Source of the DNA: Seison nebaliae
Taxonomy: Eukaryota
Length of the DNA: 64,000 nucleotides
NCBI GenBank assembly: GCA_023231475.1
Contig: JALJEE010001840.1
Location: forward strand, 1-64,000
Direction: 5' to 3'
Shown here: in pieces, positions 38,135 to 51,677 of the stretch
Layout of the letters: every line of letters starts with the position of its first letter
How positions within the stretch are numbered: the first letter of the stretch is position 1
Notes under the pieces: generated by a model
Databases searched by the model: none
What the model saw: the letters and a program-made list of their open reading frames with translations, nothing else
What the model was told of the DNA's origin: nothing
Program-made: the position numbers and the translations under genes

Positions 38135-41100
38135 TTGAACCGATTCAACATATTCCAAAGGGAAAACAATAACAATAACAAGAATCTAGTTGTTGAAAGA
38201 ACAAGTACACGAATCATGAGTAGGAAGGAGTATAAAGCAATTAATAATTTGATGGTTCCATTGGGATCATGGAATGTTGGGAAAAATCCTTCTCTTCTCC
38301 CACCTACTGACAATAATTCGAAAAACTCATTCTACCAACGTAAGAAAGATATGACCCAAAGGAAAGGACTTTATAGTCCATCTTTATTCATTATCGACGA
38401 CAAATATACAACTTCGTTGGTGAAATGTAAGAGGCAATGCCAGAATGCGGATAGCAATGATGAAGAGTTGAGAAATTTCATTGAACAATTGGATAATTCG
38501 TTGGAGAAACAAAAGTTAGTTTCACCTGGAATCACATCCATCTCATTACTCACATATGAAGACGGATGGTCTTGTGCACATTACACTTTGCTTAATGGAG
38601 CAACAAAAACAGCTTCTTATCTCATCGAACGAATGACTCTCTCTCAATATGCCAATTGTAGCAATAGATCATCATTGAAAGTGAAACAGGAGCAAGTTGA
38701 CTTTCCTGTTTCACAATCCTTTTCGTCTATGTCTCCAATTCAATGGAATTTACATAGGAAACAACGTGAATCTTTAGTTTCAATCAAGAATTATGCATCG
38801 CCTCTTCAAACTCCAAATGATTTTCAGAAACATATGGGAACGAGTCCTCGAGTCAAATTGAAGAGAGGTTCACTTATGCCAATGGTCCATAGTGGAGAGA
38901 TATCTGAAGTCGATTCAAGCTTCACATTTCCGTCGGGAACTACTTTACTTCATCTTTGTGCTTGGTTAGATCAACACGAAATAGCAGGTCAAATTATTGG
39001 GAAGGGAGAAGATATTAATTTATTAACGATACCCGATGAGAAGGGAAATAATGTGATTCATATTGCTGCAGTTTGTCTTTCCATCAAATTCTTAAACAAA
39101 TGTCAAGAAATGGCAAATAATGAACATTTGACAAAGGCAGTCAATTCAGTCAATAGAGATGAGAAGACGCCATTAATGTTGATTTGCTCCCGGCCCTATG
39201 AAGCTCCTGATTCCAACCTATTAAAAGAATATAATGAAAGATTGAGTCAGTTTGTAAGGAATCTGCTATCCATCAACGGAATAGATATTACAATTCATTA
39301 TGAGAAGGAAGGAAGTGTCCAAACAGCAATTCATCTAGCCGAAACGAATAACTTGAAAGAAATTTTAAAAAAATTGTTAATTCACTGGATTACTTATCAT
39401 CATTCTGATGAGGAGAATGACAAGAGTTTCTATAACGACAAAAATCGGCGATTAACAACAACATCCAATAATAATGAACGAACCATATCAGCTTCGTTAC
39501 GTGTTTTAGCACTAGAATATTTGGACAAGAAACAGTGCCAAGCTTTCGGTCTAGTTTGTCGATCAAACCGAACTAAAGATTACAGGAAATTTAGTACGAG
39601 AAATCCGAATCAATTGGTACGAATAAATTATATGGAAGCATGTAAAATGATCGAGAAGAATATCAAATCGAAGGATTGGCAACGTATCAGTGAAATGCAA
39701 TCGGAATTATGTTCAAATGTGCAAATGTTGGAGAATTTAGCATCTCATTTCCTTAATAATGATCGATTAAATGCGGATGATAAGATTGATTATGTAACGA
39801 ATGTTTATGTTGAGAAGGGCCAGTTAATGAAAGTCGATCATTTTGGATGGAGTTTCCTTCATTATTCGTTAGATTCATGTCATTTAAAACTGTTCGAAAG
39901 AGTCATTCAAATTCTTCTCCAGGAAGAATCTTATCGAACTATTTTATTCGAACTTCTCCAATTGGAGACTACTCAAATGTTCTCCAGTTATCCTGGAGGT
40001 ACGACACTTCTTCATATAGCCGCTTGCAAAGACTTTTCAAAGATTATTCGATTAATTGACGATGCGTTAAAGAAGATTGGAAACGAATCACTTCTAATCA
40101 ATAAAACTGATCAAGAATTACAGACACCGTTACACGTGGCCGCTCAGAATGGTTTGAGTAGTTGTTGCGTTCAATTATTGCTTATGGGAGCAGATGCTCG
40201 ATTGGTAAATAAAGATAATTCGAATGCTTTACAACTTCTAATTCGATCACAATATTTTACTTGTCCAATCTCTTTAAACACTATCGAAATTTTCTTATAT
40301 AGTAGTGATAAGTGTTTTATTGACTATATCATTGACGAGAAGAAGAAAGAATTTTGTTCGTTGAGGAATCGTACAGGAAGCAATTGTTTCGTCAATGTTA
40401 ATAATTTGCACGCTATTAACATAATCAATAACATTGACAATTGCGGATGGTCAGCAATCCATTATGCTGTTGCATATCGACAGATAGAATTAGCCGAATA
40501 TTTTTCGATGCAAATCAGAGACGATTGTCTATTAACTATCAATTCGGATGCAATCATTCTCAAGAATCGTGATAATACTGAATATCGTGCCGAAACGACA
40601 TTACTCCATTTATGTGTTTATGAGGAGACACATCGACTGCTATCATACTTATTAGAAAGATTTCAGAATATCATCGACCCAAATGCTTCAGATATCGACG
40701 GAATTACTCCATTACATATTGCATGTGCAATGAACGATATTCAATCAGTAGAAACATTATTAAAACATGATGCCGATCCCACACTCTGTAATAATGTCGG
40801 TCAATTACCTTATAATTTTGCATCGGATAACATTTTCCATTCCACTGACCTATTACATGATCATACTGACATTTTAGATCTCTTAATTCGTTATGGACAT
40901 AATCCGAACAGTTCTACTAGTACTGGATGGACGGCAGCTCATTATTGCCTAGCTAATCAGCAATTGGAATCAGCAAAAAACCTCATACTCAATATGAGTG
41001 AATTAGACAAAGTGAATAACACATCAATCACAATTGGCGACTTGACATATCAAACTGGTACAACATTGTTGATGTTATCAGCCTATCATGGCTACTATGA

Positions 41101-44100
41101 TATTTGTTCATCGTTGATACAAAGGAAGGTAAACCTTGATAATTATGATGGTAATCGTAATACTGCCATTCATCTTGCTGTCGTACATCAACAATTAGAT
41201 ATAATAAAACTATTATTAAATGCTTGTGCTAATCCATTCATATCGAATTCAGATAATTATACATGTATACATTCAGCCATTATTCATGAATATGAGGAAG
41301 CAATTCATTTGCTGGTAAGATCGAGTGAAGATATCGACCAAATCGAACAAACTTCCTCCACAAATTCAATGAGTCTACTTTGCTTAGCAGTTGAACGGAA
41401 TAACCATCGAATATTTTCTCATATTCTCAAGAATAACGGCTGGTTACATCGCGATTGTATCTCTTCTATTATTGCCACGGAAAATTTGAAAGTTCTATCA
41501 ATCATTTTCGATAAATTGGATCGTATTGATGCCACCAGAATTGACGCTAAATTCCAAGATGATTTAGTTGGAGCAATTTTTAGAGAATTTGCTCAGAAGA
41601 ACTGTTCAAGTCATATGATGCTATCTCAAATTCTTAACGCCTATGAAAATTTAACAAAAGATTTGAAAAATTCAACATTATTCGAGAAGGTGAACGAATA
41701 CGAAGCATCACAAATTAATCTAAATCAATTTGATCAAGATTGTTCAGTGATAGCAAGAAATGTAGAGCCATATATACGTCCAATGCCGACTGATATTATT
41801 TTCATAATAACTCAATTTAATGCTGTCGATTCCCTGAAACTTTTATTAGATGAAACTTATTTTAATGATAAATTGTGGTACATATGGATCAATACTCGTC
41901 ATCATCTGACCAAATATTACAACGTGCTGGAATGTGCTTTATTGTTGAATCATTATGAAATCATCATTGCAATTTGTGAAAAATTCCAACCGCGACATCG
42001 CTCGAGAGGAGTCGGTAGTAGAAGACAAATGGAAAAACAGGAATTAGGTAAATCTCGCCGACCTAATGCTCCGTCTGGTTATACACCCAAATTAGGCATG
42101 CAAGACGACAATTTCTTAAACATATTTAAGTTTAACAGTTGTGGGAATGTACGTGAAGTTCTTTGTGATTCGATTTCTGTGAAGAATACAGTGGCATTCA
42201 ATATGTTGAATCTGTTTCTGCGAGTCGATCTTTTGGGTCATCGGGCTTATGCCTTTCTAAGAAGATTAGAACCGTCTTGTGACGATCTCTCTCATTTCAT
42301 TTTGGAATTCGATAAAACAAAATTTCGACAACATAATGAAATGCTTCATAAACGTAAATTAGAGAGACAAACTTTATATAAGCAAATTTGTTCTGGCTGT
42401 GATTTTCTGCGACTTAAATTCCATCGTTGTTGCTGCAAGCAAATAAAAATCGATACAGACGGTATTAAGAACAATGAGAATATTTATGAGAATAAACGTG
42501 AAAGTCAATTATTGAGCTATGAAGGAAATTTACTAAAGTTTTTTTTCTTTAATATATCAAGTATAATGTTTTAATTCATTTAAGGCAACATCCCACTGTC
42601 ATTCAACGAACGAGTGACATCTCCAGAGATGACAGCCAAAGACAATCTGTCCATTTATGGAGAGATCATCAAGTTTCGTCGTATATGCCAATAACACCTT
42701 TAGAAAGTATCTTCTACAACAGTCGATTAGATCTGATTACTCATCCGGTAATAAGTTGTCTCGTTGATCAGAAATGGACAATGTTAGCCAGTAACAATTT
42801 CCATATTTGGTTGTTCATCGAAATGTTACTCTTATGTCTTTGGACGACGAATGTTCTTTGGATTCCGTATAATGAAAAACGAGAGTATGGATTTAATAGA
42901 TTAACATTCTTTCGCAGTTTATTGTGGCTGACGATTTTCCTATTAATGTTCTTCAACATTTATCATCAGGTGAATGAAGTAATTACATTGAAACGGAGAC
43001 ATATGGCCTTTAAGAAAAAGATATATGAACGTCAGGAATTGTATGGTGTTCGGAGATCGAGACATAAAGAACATGATCCAATTAATGACGAAAGATCGTT
43101 ACCTTGGATGAGATATCTGTTATATGTTGAGAAACCGTCATTATTATTTTTTAAGATTGATACGATAATAGACATAATTGCTTTCCTTTTGATTTTCATC
43201 TATATCACTGCTCATATCATCGATATCATTGTTGGAAAAGATGAACAGGCAAAGATTGTTGAAAGAATTGGTATGTTCACTATCGCCATCATATGGTTGA
43301 GATTTATTATTATTCTTCGATTTATTCAAATTTCCTTTTACGGCTACACGTTAGCGGTAGGTGAATTAGTGATTATGCTCCGTTTGATGGTGCATGATAT
43401 CTGCCGCTTTTTATTCCTTTTTGCACTTGTTTATATTCCATTCACCGGTTGTTTCTGGTGCGTTTTTGGAGGTGAAAAACTTAATCATTCAACCGAATGT
43501 TTCGATGTTTGCGTGAATTATGTGCACCATAACAAAATCCTCAATGTCAGCTCGTCACCCGATTGCAATATTGACGAATTGAAGAGTACCAATTATGCGG
43601 ATTGTGTTGTAAAAACAAAAAATATGAATTCATTTTTCGAAGCTATGGGAACTGTAGCTAGATTGATAGTTGTTGATGAATATGATATCGATGCTATGAT
43701 GAAAATAGATAAATTTATTACAATAACAATGTTGTCAACTTTCTTTTTTATTTGCTCAATTCTCGCTCTCAATATTTTCATCGGTCTTATTTCCAACATC
43801 TTGAGCACTGACGCATTCAAGCTTATCCGTGCAAGATTTTTAATGGAACGACTTAATATTTTGTTAAATGCTGAATGGAAACTTAGAAGTTCTCGCTTGT
43901 TAGATCTGGTAAAGAAGTTTAACGATAAATCGGCTTATGTTATCGATTTGGATACGGATGATGCAGAAGTTCAAGAATTTATTGCACATGCAACTAAGCG
44001 GGAGAAATATTTAAACGATTTGGAGAAAGAGGAGAAGAAGATGAAAAGAAACAATCAACAAAATCAGTTTCAACAACATTCGATTGCCACTAGCCAGTCG

Positions 44101-44316
44101 AACATGAATAACATGAAAATTAACGAAGATCTTTACCAAAAAATTAACCAATTAACAACAAAAATTGATTATTTAACATCACATGCTAATTTTCAATCAT
44201 CATCCAACAGATTCCAAAGAGTCTCTCGAACTTTAATTAAGACTGGAAAGAAATTTGATTCAGCAAAAAAAATAGGTGATGATCCCACAACTCCAAATCG
44301 ATCCGTATCGATGTAA
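38135..44316 (+). CDS. Ankyrin-repeat TRP cation channel (TRPA-like), ~2,000 aa; 2 exons
   Basis: Many ankyrin repeats (TPLHVAA, TPLHIAC, TAIHLAV). The 47-bp intron 42538-42584 joins the two ORFs in frame. Pre-S1 LITHPVISCLVDQKW, six hydrophobic segments, pore VVDEYD, S6 ILALNIFIGLIS and a C-terminal coiled coil. Start uncertain (first ATG 38216). Confidence 0.88.
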
Positions 44317-44522
44317 TTGAATTAAAGTCATAATTTATGTTGACTAAATAAATTTTTTTCCATTCTCATCTATTGGATTGATTCGAAATGAAAATATTTT
44401 TTGAATTTCATCGAATTGTTCAACTTTTCCCAAAATATATTAAGAAACCCAAACAAAAAAATACAAGTGATTATTTTCATTTTAATTTTCTTATTCAGTT
44501 CCTTATTTAACATTTAATAACC

Positions 44523-45284
44523 ATGGCAAGGAAGTCTACTGCCGGCAAAGGTAGAACAGTAGTGACTCCGCCAGACAATAGCGCAGCATCTAAACCTAAA
44601 CGCCCATTTACACGTCGACAAGCGAAAATAGCAAGAGGTTTGTTGACCGTAGAGAATCCCGTAAAACCGATAATTAATGGAATAACTCCCAGTAATTTAT
44701 TACCAGGTACAACTGGTGTACAGCCCCTAATCGTAGAGTCAAATGACAAGAATAAGAATAATAATCAACGGTCGAAAGTGAAAGCACGTGCTAGTAGATC
44801 TAATAGTAAAAATTTGAAATCAATCAGAAAGCCTGCAAGGTCCAAATCTAAGAAACCAGCTAAATCAACGAAAACTGCAAAAAGGAAAAAATCTCTCCCC
44901 AAGAAACCAACCAAAAAACCGAAAAAAAGTGCAAAATCTTCCCCGAAATCAGCAAAATCGAAGAGAAATGTTAAGACTCGATCAAGGACACCAGTTCAGA
45001 AGAGAAGTAAGAAAAAAGTAGCACGGAAATCCAGAAAGACTGCCAAACCGAAACATGACAGACATTCTAATATGCGACAGAAAGTTCTTAATGAATTAAG
45101 TGGAATACCAAACATTGAACCTCCATTTACTACTAATGAAGTAAAAGAGGAACCAATGGATCATGGCGACCAATTATCAAGCCAATTAAATTCTTCGGAA
45201 TCAGAGAGAAATGATGATATTTATGACAGAACACCAGTAAGATATTGTGGTAGATGTCATAAGATGATAACGGGAGAAATATGA
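44523..45284 (+). CDS. Lys/Arg/Ser-rich basic protein (linker-histone-tail or protamine-like) with an N-terminal H3K9-like motif and a C-terminal CxxC
   Basis: Intronless 253-aa ORF with good start context (ACCATGG); begins MARKSTAGKGR, has a central K/R/S/P/A-rich tract and ends RYCGRCHKMITGEI. Confidence 0.8.
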   Translation: MARKSTAGKGRTVVTPPDNSAASKPKRPFTRRQAKIARGLLTVENPVKPIINGITPSNLLPGTTGVQPLIVESNDKNKNNNQRSKVKARASRSNSKNLKSIRKPARSKSKKPAKSTKTAKRKKSLPKKPTKKPKKSAKSSPKSAKSKRNVKTRSRTPVQKRSKKKVARKSRKTAKPKHDRHSNMRQKVLNELSGIPNIEPPFTTNEVKEEPMDHGDQLSSQLNSSESERNDDIYDRTPVRYCGRCHKMITGEI

Positions 45285-45470
45285 CCAAATGAATTATATA
45301 ATAATATGAATAATAATAATAATAATTTGTAACAAAAATTTTATTATATTAAAAAAAAGTATTCGTAACAATAATGAACAGATTCTATGGTATACAATAT
45401 CATGTAAGCACATACACATAAATATGTAAAGAGCATTCTTTCAAATACATTCTTCATTTATCGCATTAGT

Positions 45471-48400
45471 TCAATTTCGATTTTTGTTAATTTTGACAGG
45501 AATTCACCAGAAAAGAAATATGGTAACAACGAAGTAAATTGAACAATCAAACGAACTCGTTCTCTAATTCTTTCTTTGTTCTATTTTTTGATGTGTTAAA
45601 AGAAATTATTATTAAGTGTCGATAATGTTTTTTGAAAACACGTCAAACCTTTTGGGAATTGATTGATGAACCGGCCATTCTGTTCGTATGTTGTAAAGTT
45701 CCATATGACCATTGATTCTTTTGATAGACATGTACATAGCAATCGATAACCGCCTCGATTATATCAGCCAATCGTAATCGTAACGATTGAGAATGAAGAT
45801 TAATATTATCTATGTAGAATTTCATATCATGATCGTTTGTTGGAATGATATTCAATTGATCCATGATCTAAAAAAGCAAAATGAAGATGATGATTATTAT
45901 AAGACTTTTTTAAGAAAAGTTAACAGAGATAGCTTGCGGATAATTATTGGATCGATAAGCGTCAAAAAATTTCAACAATTCTAACAATAATATTGCCGTC
46001 TTCAATTGATTCATTTGATAATCAGATTTTACTTTTGAATTGGTCAAAATGGATTCTTGAGCTTGTTGAATTGTAAATCGGTCGATAATCAATTTAGCAA
46101 CTTGTTGAATATCATTAATGTTTGTTCGACCATTATCATACTCAATTAAAGAATTTGCTAATAATGAATTTAATATTTTCAACAATTTACCATAATTCTG
46201 GAATGAGAAAAATGTTTAATAAGCATTATAATAAGAAAAGCTAAATGAAACTTTAGTTAATTCATATAAATTGAGAACGTTCGTAAAATCTCCTCGATTT
46301 TCACATTCGGTAGCGATATATTGAATCATTTCATAACAAGTCTTCTTCTCATCTAACTGTTCTCGAAAGACGTGATGAATGAGTCCTTTCTACAAAATGA
46401 ATAGTAAAAGATAAAGGTAAGATAATAATGAATAAAAACTTTCCGTTTCCCATCCGTCGCATCAACAAATCCGAGAATTTGTTTATATTGTTTGTTGGCG
46501 ACGAGCATCTCATCAATCTGAATGTAACAAATGGGAACATCAGACTCAGTATCTCGAATATTGCGAATAATATAAAAGTAACAAAGACCAAGAGAAACAT
46601 CATCGAAACTGATTCGTTCTTTCACAAATAACGATAATAATATCGGCATATTTAATCGTTGAATTGGCATAAAATCCATAGGGGAATGTGAGAGAAATGG
46701 AGCAAACAATAATAAAGTATGAGTTGGTAGAATGAGCAATCCAGCATCATATAAAGCTAATGCCATATGGAATGCATGAACGAAACATAATCTCATTTTT
46801 TCTCGACCTTCTTCACGTTTAATCGATGCATTCGGTATAGTCATCGAAGTGAACTGAGCGTGTGGTTCATATGTCGCCATGCGAAGTAAAGCGTCAATTC
46901 CTCGTTCGAACTGACCACTGAGGAAGAGTAATTGTACATAAAGTATGAGATTATTATTATCAAATATTGAATTGATATTGGAATTGAGACCAGACGACTG
47001 ATCGAAATTGATTCGATTTAAATCCACCATCTGATTTTCATTTTTTTCTTCATCAAAATCTTCTATAGAAACAAAATTCTTTTCACTATAATTTTTAGTA
47101 ATATGTATCTGCATTTGTTGATATGTTAACAAGTCATCACGATATAAATTCTGAGTATTTGATGTTGATTGTCTTTGAGAAGTTTCCGACGATTTACCCG
47201 AAACACTTTTCGATTGAGATTTGTTCGTTCTCGATTTCGATCGACTGTATCGACTTTCGTCAATTAATTCTTTTCCATTCTCCCATAACACAAGATCGAA
47301 TTCATCACTTCCAATCATCTCGTCATTATATGTGAAATTAGATTTCGTCATCGATTCATATCGACTAACGTCTTCGATATTTGGTTGATGAATCATGATC
47401 AATTTCAACCACAAATATGTCTCGATGTCATCTATGACATGATTGGAGAATTCGGTAACTTGTGAATTAAGTTTACCTAAAATGCAAAATACCAATTTCT
47501 TGAAAGGATCATTCGAATAACGAATCGTTCGACGATAATACAATTTTATCGATTTCAATTGATTTCCTTTATTCTCCACACCATAATTTTTGATTTGAAC
47601 TTTATTCTCATTATTCCCAATACGTATCATCGACTTTTCATAGAATTGTTCGATGAATTGAGAGAGAAACTTCACATCAGCTGATCCTGATGATTGAATA
47701 ATATTTAGAACGGAAGAAAAATCACCAGCACGAATACAATAGAAAATCAATGGCCAAATGGGAACATCAAATTCGGATTCATCTTCTAATAATTCAGCAT
47801 AAATATTCATCGCTGAATTGTGCATTGAAGAATCACCAAGTATTCGTGGAATTTTTCTATTATTCGAATTCATTTTCCCACTATTATTTCCGTTGGTAGT
47901 TTGACTATTCATCATATTAAAAGTATTGTTCGGATTAGTTAGACCATTCTCATTTATTTCACTTGTATGTTGTGTCGTAATGAGAGTCATAGTCTCAATC
48001 TTATATTTTACAAAAGCCACCACAATAGCCAAATCGCTTACTGATTGTCGACCGAAAAATGATTTAGGTGTCGATGTTCTCATGTGTTGTCGGAATTGAG
48101 TCTGAAGATAATTGATGGCTGATGATCTCATAATCATTTGTATGTTTGGATGGAAACGATGTCGAATCGTTTCTAATGATGAATCATAATTCGATTCACT
48201 TACATCATTCAACATTGAATTGACATTGGATGGATTCTCTATATTTCGTATCATCAATCTTAAAATGTTCCATGTCTCTAAAATACCGCCACTATTGAAA
48301 TTGAGCGCAATTTGACAATAAGTTTGTAATAATGAACTCTTTAAATTCTCTCCAACACTTCTTTCTAGGAAACTGTTCGTTTCTGTTACATATAATCTTT

Positions 48401-49184
48401 CTATTTTATTCAATTTCGGATTCGATTTCAGAATCTCTCCATTTACATCACTCCAATATGGTGTGATCGATGAAATCTGTGAGGAATGTTCTAATAAATT
48501 ATTTTCCGTCCAATTCTGATTCGTTTGTCGACCTTGTTGAGGATGAGTTTGTGGTTGAGTTGACTGTTGTCGAATCTTCCAATTCGATGTTAATCCATCG
48601 TACAATTTAGATGAGATTGTCACCAATGCAGAAGAGGCAAGTAATCTCTTCTTTTCACGTTGCCACCACTCGAAAGAAGTTTGACGAATTTTCTCGTCTG
48701 TTTTCTTCTCAATAACATTTGCCGTATATTGTAAAGTTTCATTGATAATTTGTGAACATTCATTCTCTAAATAATCGCTTGTTGACGAAAGAACGAGTGG
48801 AAGAATATTGGCATATTCTTCGAAATTCTCACTAGTTAAATTATTACTCAAAATATCTTCATTCTCTTTCTTTAAATTCTTCATGAAAGTTTCTAAATAT
48901 TCTGCTTCTTTCGATAACTCATTCAAATCAATTCCATAATTACCTAAAAGAATCATCGTCCGAACACCGTCACTCATAGATTCCGTGTCGATTTTAAACA
49001 AATCACTCTTCTTCCATTCAATTGGTGGCATCACATAATTATCAATAATCTCCGCAGACTGCTCGAACAATTGAGGCAAATCACGAGTAAAAATAGACGT
49101 TCCATTATTCAACATCCCAAGTTCGGAACGTAGATTGTCTGACATTAGACATAGCTGTTCCAAATCCTTCGAATAATCATTCAT
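45471..49184 (-). CDS. NUP93: Nuclear pore complex protein Nup93/Nic96; 5 exons
   Basis: WQREKKRLL, PIWPLIFYCIRAGD, NDPFKKLVFCILG, IETYLWLKL, LFLSGQFERGI, HAFHMALAL. Four short introns near 46393-46440, 46198-46250, 45868-45923 and 45582-45648 complete the C-terminus (...LIVQFTSLLPY...*). Confidence 0.93.
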
Positions 49185-49505
49185 TCTAAAAAGATATTCG
49201 TTTCTCTAAAAAAAATTCTCGGAAATTTGAGAGAGAACATTGAGCTGAAATTTTGGATTATTTCAATTTTTGTCATTTTCAATAAATTCTCATTGAACCG
49301 TTTGAGTCTTTTTAAAAATATAATAAGCCGAAAAAAGTCGCACTCGGTAAATTTCCTAATAATTTACTCGATAATTTTTATTTTATTTCTTTTCGGTCTT
49401 CGTTTCGTTTAAAAGACAACAGTTCTACTAAAATCAAATGAAAAATAAATTTCACTTTATATTTAATTTGATTTCGTTGATAAAACAACTGAACAAAACA
49501 CATTG

Positions 49506-51558
49506 ATGATGGAAGACAATGAGGCAAACGAAGTCGAAGATTCAGTCAACATGGATGATGTTGCCGATGAAAAAAAAGAAGAATCACCAAATGAATCATT
49601 AAAAGAAGATAATGAAATGCAAATAGATGATCAACCTAATACATCGGATGAGAATGCACCTAAATCAGTAGACGATGTAGATCAGCTTCCCGAGGACAAA
49701 GCGGACGGTGAGGAAATAACGGATATTGAACAACAACCTATTGACGATGAAGCCGGTGATAACTCTCCAAATATGCAACAAATTGAATTAGATGATACAT
49801 CAAATGACTTTTACAATGATCAACGATTATTCCCGATAGTCATTCAAACTGAAAAAGATAGTCAAGCTAGCGAGACGAACGATTTTTCACCGGAACTAAG
49901 TATTCAAGACAAAGATTCACTGTTTCCTAAATCAATAAATACGGAGAAAAAAGTATTTGAAAGTGAATCGCAAGCATTCAATATTTCATTTGCACCGAAA
50001 ATAAAAAAGAAACTTATTTTAGTTACTATTCTTGGTTAATAATTAATTTCTTGTCTTAAGATAATTAATGATTGTGATTTTTTCCTACTGAAAACTATAG
50101 GTGAACGATATTCATATAAAACAACATTGTCGAAAATGTTAGCAAATGAATGTAATGGTGTTTATCTATCTCCTTTTCATCTGAAATATTGGGATTATTG
50201 GGCAGAGAATCGTCGATTAAAACATGCACAACCTATCCGAAATTATTACGCTTCTAGTAAAACATATAACTCCAATATGGTTCAACTAAACTGGAATCAA
50301 TCTGCACTGAAAAAACCTCCAATGACGAAAGAAGATGAATATGCTGCTCGAAAATTGAAATTGCAAGAAAATTATCACAAACTACTCAATAAAGATTATA
50401 AAGTTTCATCATAATTCTGCTTTTAATTATATGTATATTGTTCAACAGAGTGGCATTTTTGAACTTTTACAGAAAATTTTTAAAAGCGAATATGAACAAA
50501 AAGGAAAAACTTTATTCGTCCTGGATGATTTCTTCCTATCTCAGATAGATATCGAATATTTTTCAGATAAGGTGTCTCTTAATTCCTATGATTTTTTAAG
50601 TTCACTGATTTATGCAGGTAGGAAATATTGATATTGTGTTCGAAATTGGTTCTAGTGGTAGAGGAAAAATCAACAAAGATCGAATGGCCAGTGGACAAAT
50701 GTTTGAATTGAATAAGCAGAACAACCAATTTTTTGGCATGAAATCACATTTACACTATCGGAGTTTCCCCGTTAATTACCTTCCTCCAATATCCGACAGA
50801 ATAGCCGAGGAAGAAGAGACTCGAGGAAGATACAACGCAGAAGGAGAATTAATTGAAAAGACTACCGATTTTTATCCATATCATTATGTCGAAAATTACT
50901 TATCCTTCAATAACAAAACACAACTAACGGAAAAGGACAAGAATTTTTTGAAGAGTAGAAGGTTGAAAAGGACGATATGCTCCCGATTTTACAATGAAGA
51001 GATCCAACGGGAAATTAGATCCCCAGATGATATTGAACCATCAGATTTAGTAAGTTATCTAAAACATTATAAGCATTGTGTAACGAAGAAAGTTTTTTCT
51101 TTTCTTCAATTTATCAATGTTGATATTTAATTACGTTTTAGATCAAGAACAATAACGATTTAAAATGTATGTTAAATTGTATGATATATCATCTAAATAC
51201 TTATGTACCAACGTTGGAAGGATTTAATGAAATCGATCAATTATTTCCAGTTTATCTTAAAGATGTTGATAGAGATGTCGATGAACCAGAAGCACTTAAA
51301 ACATTATATAAACATTACACTAATTTCGATTTGGTAGATAATGGAGCCACGTTCACCAACATTCGCAAGACATATAAAACTCTTTCACGACAAATTCAAC
51401 AAAACTGCCAATCAAGCAATCCTTTTACTGCAAAAAATTTAATGGATATGCAGAATCAGAGTTCGATGAAAACCAAAAATCTAACAATTCCAAAAATTTT
51501 GAGAAAGCCTGTTCCTTCCGTTTCATTCGGAACAGTAAATGTTGTTGAAGTCGATTAG
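49506..51558 (+). CDS. Acidic-N-terminus protein with a degenerate adenylate/NMP-kinase-like domain; 5 exons
   Basis: Introns 50035-50100, 50403-50448, 50572-50617 and 51092-51141 join five ORFs in frame. LILVTILG|ERYSYKTTLSKMLA resembles an NMP-kinase P-loop and LFVLDDFF resembles the (G)FL(I/L)DG(F/Y)P motif. Confidence 0.6.
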
Positions 51559-51677
51559 ACCTCTTTCGATATCATCAATTGACGAAAATTTTTTTTCGAC
51601 GAACTGTAATTAAAATATGTTGAATAATTCATAAACTAATTTTTATGACTTATTGTTTTTCTAATTCAACTTATATT

